This document shows, piece after piece, positions 11,230 through 24,035 of a DNA stretch of 46,538 bases (position 1 is its first letter; every line of letters begins with the position of its first letter). A program made the translations under genes and the position numbers. Source of the stretch: Fonticula-like sp. SCN 57-25 (taxonomy: Eukaryota); contig MEDX01000018.1 of NCBI GenBank assembly GCA_001724245.1, forward strand, positions 1 through 46,538. The letters are read 5' to 3'. Below the pieces are notes generated by a model. It ran no database searches, was not told where the DNA came from, and saw nothing but the letters and a program-made list of their open reading frames with translations.

Positions 11230-12281
11230 CAATTTACTATTCCTCGTGGCACTCTGCCTTTCCTTTCCTTCATTCATTCATTGGAGGTCCGATCCCATTC
11301 ATCATGGTCTAGGAAAAGGGTACGAGAATTGTTGACATTGAGTGACGTGATTTCCTGCTGTGCTTGTGGGAGGGGAGAAAAGAGAGTGATGTTACCATAA
11401 CCATGCGTGAGACAAAAGTCGATGAGTTTCCGCAATCACCAAGATCGCTGATTCTCGTTTCTTTCCTTTTTTTTTGTGACTTTTATATTCTGGTCTGCAG
11501 TCCGCCGCTTAACTAACACCCCAGCTGATAGATATATCATTGCTTTGCGCAGTTATGCAGAATGCGAGCGGCGGGTTTATCTGCTTTGGCTAGCGACTAC
11601 GTTTAGGTTCGTTTTATTCTTTCGGTTGTGGGTCCCTGTTCCCTATTTGTTCTGATGAACCAATTGGCATTTGTCTGATCCTCTATGACCGACAAACCCC
11701 AAGCTACCTTAATTTCTTCTGAGCTTTTATCCTTTTTGTCTTCTCTTTTCTTTTGGTTCTTTTCCACGAGTCTCACATTCTTAATTAGCGCCCTTGCCCT
11801 CGCCGATTCGTTACCGCCGTGAGCACTATGAGCTGCTCGTCGGGATAGAGGTATTGTAATATCACACCCTTCGTGTACCATTGTTGATATGATGAGTCAA
11901 TTTGCGTTCGACCGCTCGATTCCGTGACACTATGCCTGGTGTCATTATGCGGGCGAGTGAGGATGATATCAGCAAAACTACTGATCAATAATGGTTGTTG
12001 GGTGTTGGTGAATATTGTTTCTACGATATCCAAGGCACTAATATTCATTATTACTTTATTACTACTTGTCGTACCTTCCTAAATGTTTCTATTCGTTTGT
12101 GTCTGTCGTTTTAATACACATACTGCAAACCACATCTCAGTTTGCACTCTGCCCAAACGTGCATACAGGCAACGACCCAGTCCCAATGTGCGTTCGTGTT
12201 TGCGCACATTTCCTTTCTCCTCCTTTGCCAGCCTCTACGGCGAAAGAACGAGCGTAGACGCTGCGTCGTTGAGTGCGCGGG

Positions 12282-15069
12282 ATGACTACGACCCGGTCGC
12301 GAACGACAGAGAGCGCGCGTCCCCTGACGCGCTCAATAGCGTCAGCGACGGCGGGGCGTGGCCGTGGCGCTGACCTCCGACACTCTTTTGTGGTGGCGGT
12401 GATTGAGGGGCGAGGGGTTAGTGGCAGGGGCGACGTCGGCCTTTGCGCTATCGACCTTATCACGTCAGAGTGCATTATGGCACAGTATGCTGATACTTTG
12501 ACGTACACTCGTACGCTGCAGCTCTTGAACGCGCTGGGCCCGATTGAGATTGTTGTTTGCGGGTCGCCCAGTGAACAGCAACAAGGAAAGACAAAGCTGG
12601 TCAAGATGCTGGAGAACGCGTTTGGAGAGGACACTCTTCAGGCGGTGGCTCGCAAGTACTTTAACGATATGCAAGGGATGCATCTCGTACGGCTCTTGTG
12701 CATTACAGAGAACCTCCCTGCACTCGAGCTGCAAATCAGCCAGCAGTTTTTTACGCTTGCTGCAACCGCCGCGCTATTGCGATACGTCGAAACAACGCAC
12801 AAAGTCGCCTTTATCAACCACACTCTTCGCATTCGCGTGCACAAGCCCGAAGGAACAATGATGATAGGTGCGCTTTTTCAAGAGATTTTGTAGACGTGAG
12901 CGCTCATTTGGGGTGTCAGACTGCAACACTGCCCGCAACCTAGAGCTTGTCATTAACGGCCACAGCGCGCATGACCGCAAACATACTCTCTTTGGTGTGC
13001 TGAACGGCTGCGGAACAGCCATGGGAGGTATGCTAGCTTTCTGATAATCGCGTAATCTTACTTGTTTCTTGCAGCGCGGCTGTTGCGATCCAATCTTCTT
13101 CAACCCCTTGCAGACGTTTCTTCAATCACCGCGCGCCAGAACGCCGTGGAGTGCATTCTTCGCGCTGGGGACTCGCTCTTTGCCCTTCATGATGCGCTCA
13201 AAATGGCACCCGATCTCGACCACCTGGTGTCTCAGCTTATTCAGGTTGACACGCGCACTTCGGCGAGATCTAGTGGAGCGACTACTGCTACTTCCGTCAG
13301 CATGTCAACGACGCCCTCTCATTTGAACGTCCGAGTGGCCGACCGCCATATCACAGTGGCGTTGAACGTCCGGCGAGCGCTTCAGAGCGGTCGCACTATA
13401 CTGGACCTGCTGGATGCATTTGAGACAACCCATGACCCGCTGCTGTCTGCCGTACACCGCGCGCTCTCGGATCAACGCCTTGTCGACTTGTCCGACTTGA
13501 TTGCTGGCGTGCTTTCGGATGAATCTGAGACGGAGACTTTGTCGCACGCATCTCTTGCCTCTCGCCATGCTCGATGTTTTGCGGTTCAAAATGGCGTGAA
13601 CCCGCTTCTCGATGTAGCTCGGCAAACCTACTCGGAGACTGTGAAGGACGTAAACGAGCATGTTGCTGCGCTGTGCGAGGCGTTCACCGATCTGCGGATT
13701 AATCTCAAGCTTACTGCATCTGTTGGGTTTATTCTATCGATCGATAGGAATCCTCGCCAGCTGCCGTCTGTTTTCATCAACCCGGTCGCTAGACAATCGC
13801 ATATCCAGTGTTCTACTATGCAGCTCGTCAAGTTGAACGAGCGGCTGAACGAGATTATAAATGAAGCAATACTGCTATCTGACCGCGTCATTGGAGAGCT
13901 GTTGGACTGCCTTCGCGCCGACGTATCGCTTTTGTACAAGCTGTCAGAGTCGCTGGGGCTCCTTGATCTCTTCGTCTCCCTTGCGCACAATGCATCGCTT
14001 TATGACTACGTCCGGCCAGAGTTTGGCGACGCACTCTGCATTCAGGGGGGCAAGCATCCGATCCGCTACATTCTTGACACAAAGCGACCGTTTGTTCCGA
14101 ACGACACCTTTTGCGACCTCAGCTGCAATTTTCAAATCATCACTGGTCCGAATATGGTACGCGCACGAGATTTCCGAGCCGATATCTAATTGCGCATTGT
14201 GGGATGTAGAGCGGAAAATCAACTTATCTGCGGCAAGTAGCGCTACTTCACATCATGGCGCATATTGGCAGCTTTCTCCCCGCCACTTTCGCGCGCCTTC
14301 GCGTGACGGACAGAGTGCGCATATCTCCTCGCAGCATCATTTTCTATGCTAATCAATGGCCAGCTTTTCACTCGTCTTAGTGACGACGCCGGGGTTGAGG
14401 CCAACGCTTCCACCTTTTATCTAGAGATGTTGGAGATGGCTTCGTGCTTGCAGCATTTGACGCCTTCCAGTCTCGTGATTGTCGACGAGCTTGGGCGAGG
14501 GACTGCGCCGCAAGATGGCCTTGGATTGAGCTTTGCTATCAGTGAACAGCTGCTCTTGTCCCGCGCCTTTACTTTTTTTGCAACTCATTTTTCCTCTCTC
14601 GAGGCGCTCGAGGTCTACCCCAACGTCGTCTCTTTCCAGCTCCAGATGAGCGGTGCCGTTCACGACAGAAGCGAGGACGACAGCGGCGGGATTGACCCCC
14701 ATCAATTTAAGGTGTCGTCGGGATGGTGCCGCGCCGACCGCTACGGGCTCCAGATGGCCAAAACAGTGGGATTTCCTGCAGGCATGCTGCGTGCGGCGGG
14801 CGAGATCGCCGACCTTTTGCTCGCGCGGCGGCCTCAGCTGCTGGATCGCGAATCCATTGAAGGTGGCGGCAGCCGCGCCCGAGCTTCCCTTCAGGTATTT
14901 CACGCACTTTTGCCTGTTTGTTTATCTCATTGTTTCTTCTTTTCTAAAGCTCTGTCAATCGGTCTGCCATCTCCTTGCCATGTGGCCCGAGAGCGGCAGC
15001 CCACAAGAAGACTCTGCGCGCTTGCTCCAAGAACTTCAGTCTCGCGCGCGCGACCTCATCCAGGAATAG
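12282..15069 (+). CDS. MSH4: Meiosis-specific MutS homologue 4, 6 exons
   Basis: VVAVIEGRG...DVGLCAIDL...AQYADTLTY (MSH4-type N-terminus, no mismatch-binding domain I), [38 protein letters not shown], Walker [30 protein letters not shown] and FATHF. Five GT-AG introns restore the frame. The start codon is inferred. Confidence 0.92.
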
Positions 15070-15546
15070 CCATATTTATTTTTTAGAGTAGCTTTTCAGC
15101 AAGAGTACCAGTTTGAATTGCTGGTGTACCCGTGCATTATTTTATACGCGCATACTCAGTTAATGGACTTTGCTTTACATTAATATATACTATTGTTCTT
15201 TCAATAATTTTAGCAAAGAATAGCTACTATACCATGCAGCACGCGTTCCATATCGTATAGCAAAGGAAAAAGGAATATCACTAGTTCTTCGCTCGACGAG
15301 CTTTCGAGTTGGTCTCGTGTTCGACTGAAAAATCAACGTCATCTTTTTAGTTTGCAGTTTGCACTTTCGGTAACGTTACCGATTGGCGTGTTTTTCGTAA
15401 CAGGTCAGGTGCTCGTACGCTTCTGCGCGGAGGTGTTTCTCTTCCAGTGTTTGCGCGTCGGCTCGATCACTACTTGCTCGAGTCTGCCTATCCGAACACA
15501 GGGGCGACGTTTGTTCCTCTTGCCAATTTCCCTCCCACTTGCCAGA

Positions 15547-16754
15547 ATGAGGGCGGTGACGGCTTTTGTCGTCCTGTCTGCCTGCGTGGCATTGACGCTG
15601 GCCAACGTGCGTAGCTAGACGGGGCGGTGGTTTTGCCACGCTTTTGGGCCTTCTCCCTTGCTCACCCTCCTGGTTTCGCGCAGAGTATTTGCACTCTCAC
15701 AGACGAGGCCACGGGCGCCTACTATGACCTCTCCAAGCTGACCCGGACCTCGGGGTACGCTTTTTTCTTTGGTCTCGATCGCGCGTCTCACTCGTGCCTC
15801 CCAGTGAGGACTGGATTGCGCTCGACTCGCTGCAGGATAACGAGTACAACTACCGCATCAACATTTGCCACGACATCTTGTACAAGGGGTACAATGCGGT
15901 GCGTCTCTCATATCTTTTGCGGGATTGGACGCCGCTCACCTGAGCTGTGATGGTCCCAGTCGGTGTCCATTCCCGCCGGGACGGGCCTCCACCAGGAGCG
16001 TCGCGATAAACCCCTGCTCGAGCACAGCGTTGGAAAGTCTTCCTATTACCCCGAGTTGCTGGGTTCGTAGCCGACAATGCTCGCTCGCTGTCGCGTGCTC
16101 ATGCTCGTGGTCGATCTAGACGGTCTCCTCATCATGAAGTTTGTGGACGGCGAGACGTGCGATAGGGCCAAGGTAAACAGAATGGCCATTATCAACTTTG
16201 AGTGCGACAAGAACGCCGGGCTGGTGCGCCACTCTTTGTTAACTCTTTGTTTTTTGCGGTCCTAATGTCTCGGTGTGCTCCAGGGCACCCCCGTGTTCCT
16301 GTTCGAGTCTTCGTCGAGCTGCACGTACGTCTTTGAGTGGCGCTCCTCGGCCGCCTGCCCGTCCTACGGAATGAGCGGCTTTGCCATCTTTGCCATTGTG
16401 TACGCGCGTTTTTTTTGCTGCCGCTTGCGCTGATGCTAAAGCTTTGTCATTAGTATTGTGTCGCTCATTGGCGCCTACTTTTTGTTTGGCTTCCTGTACA
16501 TGCGCCTGGTGGTTAATGCTCGCGGGTGGGAGCAGATCCCCAACTACTCGTTCTGGCGCTCCATCTTCCTCACGCTCAAGGTGCGCTTCCCACCCTTTTT
16601 ATCCCTTTTGCTGACAATGCCATCGTAGTGCTGCGGATCGTCTTCGTCCTCTACGTGGACGTATCGCGCGGTGCACATCAACGAGGAGGACGGCGGCAAC
16701 CTCATCGACAATCTCGAGGACGACTTTGATGACGATGCGGTGGAGAAGCTGTAA
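15547..16754 (+). CDS. Cation-dependent mannose-6-phosphate receptor-like type I membrane protein (MRH domain), 8 exons
   Basis: Signal peptide, then YYDLSKL, YRINIC, FVDGETC, AIINFECDKNAG and CTYVFEWRSSAAC, a transmembrane helix, a cytosolic GWEQIPNYSFW and an acidic tail ending DDFDDDAVEKL. Seven GT-AG introns. Confidence 0.8.
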
Positions 16755-17016
16755 GTAGGAAAAAAAGAGCGAGAGAACAAGAAAGAAGGCGGCGTTGGCC
16801 TTGAAATGTGCGTCCGGAATAGAAACGCGTTTCCGTCTTTGTTATAGAAAAGAAATGAATCAAAGTTGAGCCGATATTGTCTTTTATGCTGGTCACTGCG
16901 ACACGAAAGAGCGGTTTGCATCAAAAGTTTACTATTGCGGAAAAAGCGATATCAATATGCATATGTACAGAATCAAAGCCAGATAGAACATGATAAATAG
17001 TACAAGCAGCGTGCAA

Positions 17017-19596
17017 TCAGTACTCGCTGTTATAGGCGCTCTCCAGGAGGCCGTCACTCATCGGATGCGCTCCTGCATTGGACGCCGAACGCGGCCGCGG
17101 CGGCGCGTGCGCCTGCTGCTGGGAAGGCGGGGCGACCCCTCCCGCGGCGCCAGCATCCTGCGGCCACATCGAGTGCCGATACGCCTTCATCATTGTGTTG
17201 GCCATCGCGTCGCTGAGGAACGATGGCGACGGCGTGCTCATCTCTCTGCCCGCGATCGGCGACCCCGACAGCCGCCCAAAAGCGGGCATTGCAGGGTCAC
17301 CGCCGCCGCTCAGCGAACCGTCCATCGACGGCACCTCATTCATGTGCGCATGCCCCATCTGGTCGTCGCCGCCGCCAACGTACGCACCATCGCTGCCCAT
17401 CACGGCAGCGTCAAAGTACCCTTCATTCCTCGCCTGCCCCGCGGCCGCGAGGTGGCTCAATTGCTGCTGCAGATGATTATGAAGCACAAACTGGTCGTAC
17501 GCCTGCGACGTCGGCTCGGGCGCCCCGGACGGGAAGCCGTACCCGCCGTCCTCGTGCACGGACTGCGGTGGCCACGCCGCGTGGCCGTGCGGGTCCTGCG
17601 CGCTGATGCGCATGTCGCCAATAAGCTGCAGCGCCTGGTGAAACTGGTTGTACTGCTGGTGCCAGTGTAACTGCTGCGGCGTGACCGCCGACGGCATCTG
17701 CTGCATCACTTGCGGCGGAAAAGCTGGCGCGGCAACCGAGATCGGCGTCGTCGGTGCGCTCCGCGACCGGCCAGAGTGAGGCGTAGCGACAGTGTACGGC
17801 GCGGCCGACGCAGAGGCCGCCGACGCCCCGACCACGAGCGGCTGTGCGTCGTGCGAGAATCGCCTGCGATTGCGCACCGCGCCCTTGTCGCCGATGCTCG
17901 TCGCGCTCGAGGGCGCGCTGTACTGCCCAGGCTGCCCGCCCCAATTTGTTGCGGGGATGTCCAGTGGCGACGGTCTGCGGCGATTCGGAGTCGCTGGCGA
18001 CGGCTGCGTTCCCGTCGGCGCCGATGAACTCGCACCAGCCGCGGCGGCAGGCGGGAGCGCGCTGCCGGCGTCAAACGACGCGCGTGACCGCATCGCTCCG
18101 GCCGGCGACGGCGAGGCGCCCATCGGCGACTGCGGCGGATTGGGCGAGCCGGGCACACTGCTGCTCGGCTGACTGCTGCCGCGCGCAACGCCACCCCCGG
18201 CGGCGGCAGAGGCAGACTTTTGCGCCGCGGCGGTGCGCGTCGTAATGTGCGACACGAGCGCCTTGCGCGTGTCGTTCGTGATGGAGCCCGACGTGGGCGG
18301 GATCGGCGGAGCGGCGGACGCGCCGGATGCGTGGAAAATCTCGCCAATGGGGAGGTCACCGCTCAACCGCACGCGGCGGGGGGGTTCGCGGGGGTTGGGC
18401 GCAGGGCGAGGCGTCGTGGAGCGCTGGCCGTTATCCTCAACCTACATGAAGCGTAAGCAGAGGAAGGTTAAAGAAATAGGAAGGAACAGTACGAAGGAGA
18501 GGGAAGAAGAGCAAGAGCGAAAGCAAGAACAAAAGCAATACCAATGACAAGAACAAGAGGAAAAAAAACTAGAGCATCAACCACCATCGAAATCTAACTT
18601 CCACAATGAAAGCAGTACCATTGCGTCCTTGGCTATCAACGGCTGCTTGCCCTTACTGCCGTTTCCTTTCGGCTTGACAGGCTGCCCCATCATCATGAAC
18701 GGGGAATTATATGGCGACGGCGCGCCCTGCATGAGATGCTGCTGCTGCTGTTGCTGCTGCTGAATCATGTGAAGCATGTGGTTCGGGTCTATCCCGCCGT
18801 TGCCGCCGGCCTGGGAAAGCGGCTGGCCGTAGGCGTCCACCATCCAGTTGGCCCCCTGCATCAGCATCATCATCATCTGGGCATTGTTGTGCATGATCAT
18901 GTGGTCGCCTTCCTGTACCAGTGGCGGCGGCGCGGTCGGCAGCGAATCCATCCCGGCGTGCGAGGCGTATATCGGCTGCGAAGAAAGCCGCTGCTGCGCC
19001 CCTGACTGCGACGACAACGTGACGGGCGCGCTCGACATGGCCTCGAAAAAGGACGACCCTTGGTCGACATCGTGCTCGTCATTGTGGTCATTGTGGTCCG
19101 CGGCCGCCGACGGCGGCGGGGGAGGCGGCGGGGGAGGCGCGAGTGGCGCCGACGGCAGCATCGACGTCGACGGGTCCAAAGCGTCTTCTACATGGCTGCG
19201 CCCAGATTTGTTAGCTGCGACGGCGGGGAACAGGATGCCGAGGCGCATACTTTAAAAAGTCGTGCTGCGAGTAGGAATAGTCGTCCAGGAACGTCTGTGT
19301 CGACGGATCAAACGACCTAAAGCACGAAAAAAAGAAAAACAGGCGGAAAAAGTCAGCGAAAACAACCAGAAAGACATAAAAGGAGGGTGAAAAAGGGGAC
19401 AGTCAACGGAGGCACGGCGGCGGGAAATCGGCACATCGGGAATAGAAAGTCGCAGGCGACCAACGTACAAATCATTGTTCATTAATAATGCGTGGTCCAG
19501 TGAGGATGTCCCGCCGCTGTCGAGCGTGAACTGAAGATTGTAGTCATTTCTGAACGAAAAGTTGTCCGCGTTTGGGGACGTTGTGAGGTCATCCAT
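17017..19596 (-). CDS. Intrinsically disordered P/S/A/Q/M-rich protein of unknown function, ~4 exons
   Basis: Exons MDDLTTSP...NNDL|SFDPST...DFLN|HVEDALDP...AKDAM|VEDNGQ...SAYNSEY join in frame across GT-AG introns. No globular domain recognised. Confidence 0.65.
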
Positions 19597-19975
19597 GCTT
19601 CCTGAATCAACGTGAGTCAAAGGCGCCGTCGATGAGGAAAAATGGCCACACAACGGGACAAATACAAAACCAAAAGTACGTGTCGCTCACCCACAAGCGC
19701 AGATTCTGCGTCCAGAGAACCACATCATCCCTCCCCTCCTACCCTCGATCCCACTGTTGTGGGAAGGCGTGCGGAGCGTACCAAGGCCTCTCGCTGTCGA
19801 TCTTGCCTTCCTTTCTGTTCTCCAAAGCGCTCTCTTTCACGCTCTATGGGCCTCCCGGCGCTGTTACCCCTGCCTCTGGCTCTCCTTTTCTTCCTCTGGC
19901 TCCAATAGCGCTGAATTCTTTGCCAACAAGTCTGCCGGCAATCAGGCGTTCGCAAAAGTCTGCATAGGAAGTTGA

Positions 19976-20023
19976 CCAATCAGAAGCCACCATTCGACCT
20001 GACACATCGCTTCACGTGATTGG
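19976..20023. promoter_or_regulatory. CCAAT boxes and an E-box upstream of the low-complexity gene
   Basis: CCAAT at 19976-19980, and TCACGTGA at 20012-20019 overlapping ATTGG at 20019-20023. Confidence 0.35.
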
Positions 20024-20365
20024 TGGAGAAAACGCCCCTGCTGACCCAACGACTCCGTTCTAAATCGGAGCGCCTACACTGAAAATAGATACACATGTTT
20101 AGCAAATGTACCTAAAAGAGATGACATAGATACGAGCATGTCATGCAACAGCAACGGCTCATTCACTATGGTCGTCCATCCACGCGGGTAGGGACTCTTG
20201 CACAGAACATTCCAACATTCCCGAGCGTTGCGCATCATCGGAATTCCGGAATTAGGTACGTCGGCCCCTATATTGCGGGATATCAACACCGAACCAGAGA
20301 TTTATCGACACTGAATGCAGTATGGGTATATTGTATGGTCAATCTAGGGATTTCTTCCAAAAAGA

Positions 20366-23300
20366 TTACAACACGGACATTATGTGATGCTCATGGCGCG
20401 CAACGGTGCCTGGCATCAGGCCGACGGTCGCCTTGAACTTGTCGAGGTCCTCAATGACGTGTCCCGGAGGCGCAAGCTTTGCGTCCTCCGACCCCGCTGC
20501 CAGCGGGCTGATGAGGCAGGTGGTGAGCTGCCTTCGCGTGCTGGGGTTGATCAGGAGGTTGTCGAGGAACTCGGCCATCTCCGCCTTGGTAATGGTCCGC
20601 ATGATGTCGGCCTGGTGGCGCGCTGCACAGTCACTGTTAGCATTGCGCGCGCAAACAAGCAGGGCCAATTCGCGCACCAACATCAAAGTCGAGCAGCCCG
20701 GTGCCGATCTCTGTCCAGTAGCGCTGCGCCTCCGCCGCGAGCCGCTTGTCCTTCTCGAGGCGCAGCTTGACGGCCGCCTCGACGTACTCACGGTACTGCT
20801 CGTCGGTCATCTCGTGGCGGATGACGCGCGTGACGTGCTCGTGGAGGCAGGCGGCGATGCGCTCCGACAAAAAGTACGGGTGCCGCTCGCTCTGCAAGAT
20901 GATCGCCAGGCCGCACACGCCGTGGTACCGCCGCGACACAGTGAAGGCAACGTACCCAAGCTGCTCACGCGTGCGCAGCTGGTCAAACACGCGCTGGCTC
21001 AGCAGCTGAAGCGCAATGCGCAAAAAGCACGGCGTCGTCATGTCATTGACAGGGTTCCCCGCCGTCGCTGCCGCGGTCGTCGGCACGTCGCCGTCGCTTA
21101 GTGACACGGCGCCGACGCCTTCAGCCACGTCGGCTTCGGTGCCGCTGCGCCGCGACCAGTCGCCGACGACAAAGAGCGAGTGGATAGCGCTGTTGCGATT
21201 GTCGTCGTTGCCGCCCAGTGTCTTGTTCCACACGAAACGCGAGCCGCCTGGGAGGGCGATCGTGCGCGACAGCGGCGCCAGGCGGTGCGCAGCGTGCAGC
21301 GGGCGCGGCGAGCCAAGGAGGTTCTCAACAAGGGACAGGAGACGCAGCGCCTGGCGTGCGCTCACATTGCCCACAACAAGCGAGTCTACAAACAGACGGC
21401 GGAGGAAGAGCGCGTGAAGGGCCATAACGTCGCTCGGCGAAACATCTACCGCGTGCGTCAGCCACCAGCGTACCAGAGAGCAACGGGCGTACCGACAAGC
21501 GCATCCGCAAGGCTCTCGACGCTCCAGCTCTTGTCTACCATGATCTTTTTTACATACGAGTCGATATTGTTGTACGGCATGCCGAGATCATAGTTGCGCA
21601 GCGACCGCAGCAGCCTGTCCTTGACGTCGGCGAATCGCGTCACGTCAATGTTTAGGACGGCAAACTTTTCCAGGATGCGCGACAAGAGAACCGGCTGCTT
21701 GTCCTGATAGCCGCTGAGGTAAATTTCGACACCGTGCGTGGTGCTCTGGAGGTGGTACGTCAGGCCCGTGAGCTCGGCGTCGTACGAAAACTCTGCCAGC
21801 GAGTCGTTCACGAGATGGATAAGCAGCGCCGACATCACGGCGTACTCGGGGCTCTCGTTGACAACCGGCCTGATTTCGCACGTCTGTCAGTACGGCATAG
21901 CGGAAAAAAAAATACGAACGATTTAAACTTGAAGTGGAGCTCGGCCTTGGGGACCTTGAACGTGTCGTCGCGCTTGTAAAACATCCGACTGAGCGGGCTC
22001 GAGTGGATCAGGGCGGGCAGCGGGGACCGCTCGGCCTCGACAACCGCCTCCACCAGGTCAAAGCTCGACGGGATGAACTGGTTGGGCAGCGGGAGGGACA
22101 GTTCGGGGTTCGGCCCAAGATGGACAAGCCGCTGCGATAGTGGTTTAGATAAACATTTTCAAAACGAAACAACCACAAAAAAATGCCGTACGTTGAGCAG
22201 CTCGGCCGAGAACGGCTCGATAAGGTGGTCCGTCCCGTACCACGGCTCCTTGACCATGTTCGGGATGGTCGCAAAGGACTGGCTCGACACGATGACGCGC
22301 ATGTTTTGCACCGTCAGCAAGTCGAGCGCCCGCGCAATAAGCTCGGGCTCATACTTGTAGAAGAAGGAGCCCGCCGAGAGGATCTCTGCTGGCGGGATAT
22401 TGAAGCCAGGCTAAAGAAAACGCACCCGTCAGCAAACATAGAGGTCAAAAATTACAACGGCATCAAAAGCACAGTCACCACAGCAACATCACCACCACCA
22501 TCACAACACTCCCCCTCCCCGCCCTGCCGACGCGGTACCTGGAGGTTTGACGACATGGACGTGACAAACGACATTGGCCGCTTCTTCTCGGCGTAGGTGA
22601 ACTGGATGCGCGCGAGATCGCGGCACTCGTTCCACACCCACTCCTGGGGCCCGTGGTCGCGCACGAGCGCAATGTACTGCATGAGGTAGACAATAACGTC
22701 ATCCACCCTGTCGAGCCCCGCCTCGGTGAGGTCAATGTCGACAATAAAGATGTCAAAGCCGATGGCGGTGTCAGAGGCGCCCGCGCCCAGCGCGTTTGCA
22801 AGCCCCTGCCGCTTGAGGAACGACAAAAGACTCCCGGGCCCCTCGTGCCCAACGAGGTGCGAGATGTAGCGGGTCGGTTTGCACGCGAGCGAGCGCGAAA
22901 AGTACGACGGCAGGCGAAAGGACACGCTCACCGAGCGCGAGTCCTTGATGGGAACCACGAGGATGCGGTGCTCCATGTGCGCCGCCGTCAAGGGGTGCGT
23001 GTCCAGCGACGTCGACGCTGCGGCCGGCGTGACGGGAACGCGTCCGGTGGGCAGTGCGTGCGGCACCACGGTCGGCGCAGACGGAATATCGCTAAAGAGG
23101 GACGAAACAAGACGCTCCAGTTCGTCAAGCGGCTGCGTCCCGAGAACGCACAGCCGCATGCGGTCCGCTGTGTAGTGCGTGGCGTAAAAGTCGAGGAGCC
23201 GCTGGCGGACGCTGATACCCTTGGACAAGGGGATCGTGCTCAGAGTGGCGGCCGTTCCAGTTCCAAACTGTGAGTAAGAGTGACCGGGGTCGCTCAGGTG

Positions 23301-23928
23301 CCTTTCCAGCTGATATACGCGCCACCGGTCGTCCTGTTCGTTCTTGGCATGCTCGCTGTCCACCGCGCGAAGCTCGCGATCTGTCATAGATTCGGTGAAG
23401 AGAGGGCTCTTGAAGAAGTCACTGAAGCGATCCAGCGCGCCTGCCAGATGCGACGCGCTCACCTCAAGGTGATAGTTGGTGTGCTCGAGCGCCGTAAACG
23501 CATTGGAGGCGCCGCCGTGCCGTGCAAGGAAGCTGGTGTATTCATCCTCGCCGGGGAATCGACGCGTACCGAGGAAGAGCATGTGCTCGAGGAAATGCGC
23601 GAGGCCGGGAATATCGGCGGGATCGCTCAGCTGGCCCACGCTAACGTCCAGCGAAGCGGCCGCCTTGTCCGTCGTCGGGTCGCTCACTAGCACCGCCACA
23701 AGGCCGTTGCGAAAGGACACCACGCGGTAGGCGTGCTCGTCGCGCAACGGCTTGGTAACGTCCGCGTCATCGCAGATCTAAAGAGAAAAAATGGCGCGAC
23801 GTCAATGACACGCGCGCGCTCACGCAAGCCGCAGTTAAGCGTACCAGCGACGCAACGGAAGCAGGAAGAGACGCTAAATCCAGCTTGGACGAGTCGGCCG
23901 GCACCGCCGGGACGCTCGGTGTTGCCAT
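20366..23928 (-). CDS. IDE: Insulin-degrading enzyme-like M16A metallopeptidase, 7 exons
   Basis: PGLAHFLEHMLFLGT (inverted zincin HxxEH), GGASNAFT, AVDSEH, HLVGHEGPGSLLS, EPWYGT, DDTFKVPKA and FDQLRTREQLGY. Six GT-AG introns restore the frame. Confidence 0.92.
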
Positions 23929-24035
23929 TGACGCAGTTCCAATGTGATGACGCACCCAAATCGCGATCCAAGCAGGATTCAATTCCGTTGATATTTCCCG
24001 CGCTTTTTGTTGTTTCTCAGTGGTTCTGCATCGAC

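Noticed and set aside
15290-15345. tRNA-like GTTCGA element
   Set aside because: No cloverleaf or A-box could be built around it.
23733-24035. N-terminal extension of the CID ORF from 23733
   Set aside because: It overlaps the first IDE exons on the opposite strand and begins at a non-ATG codon. The CID homology starts after ATG 24036.
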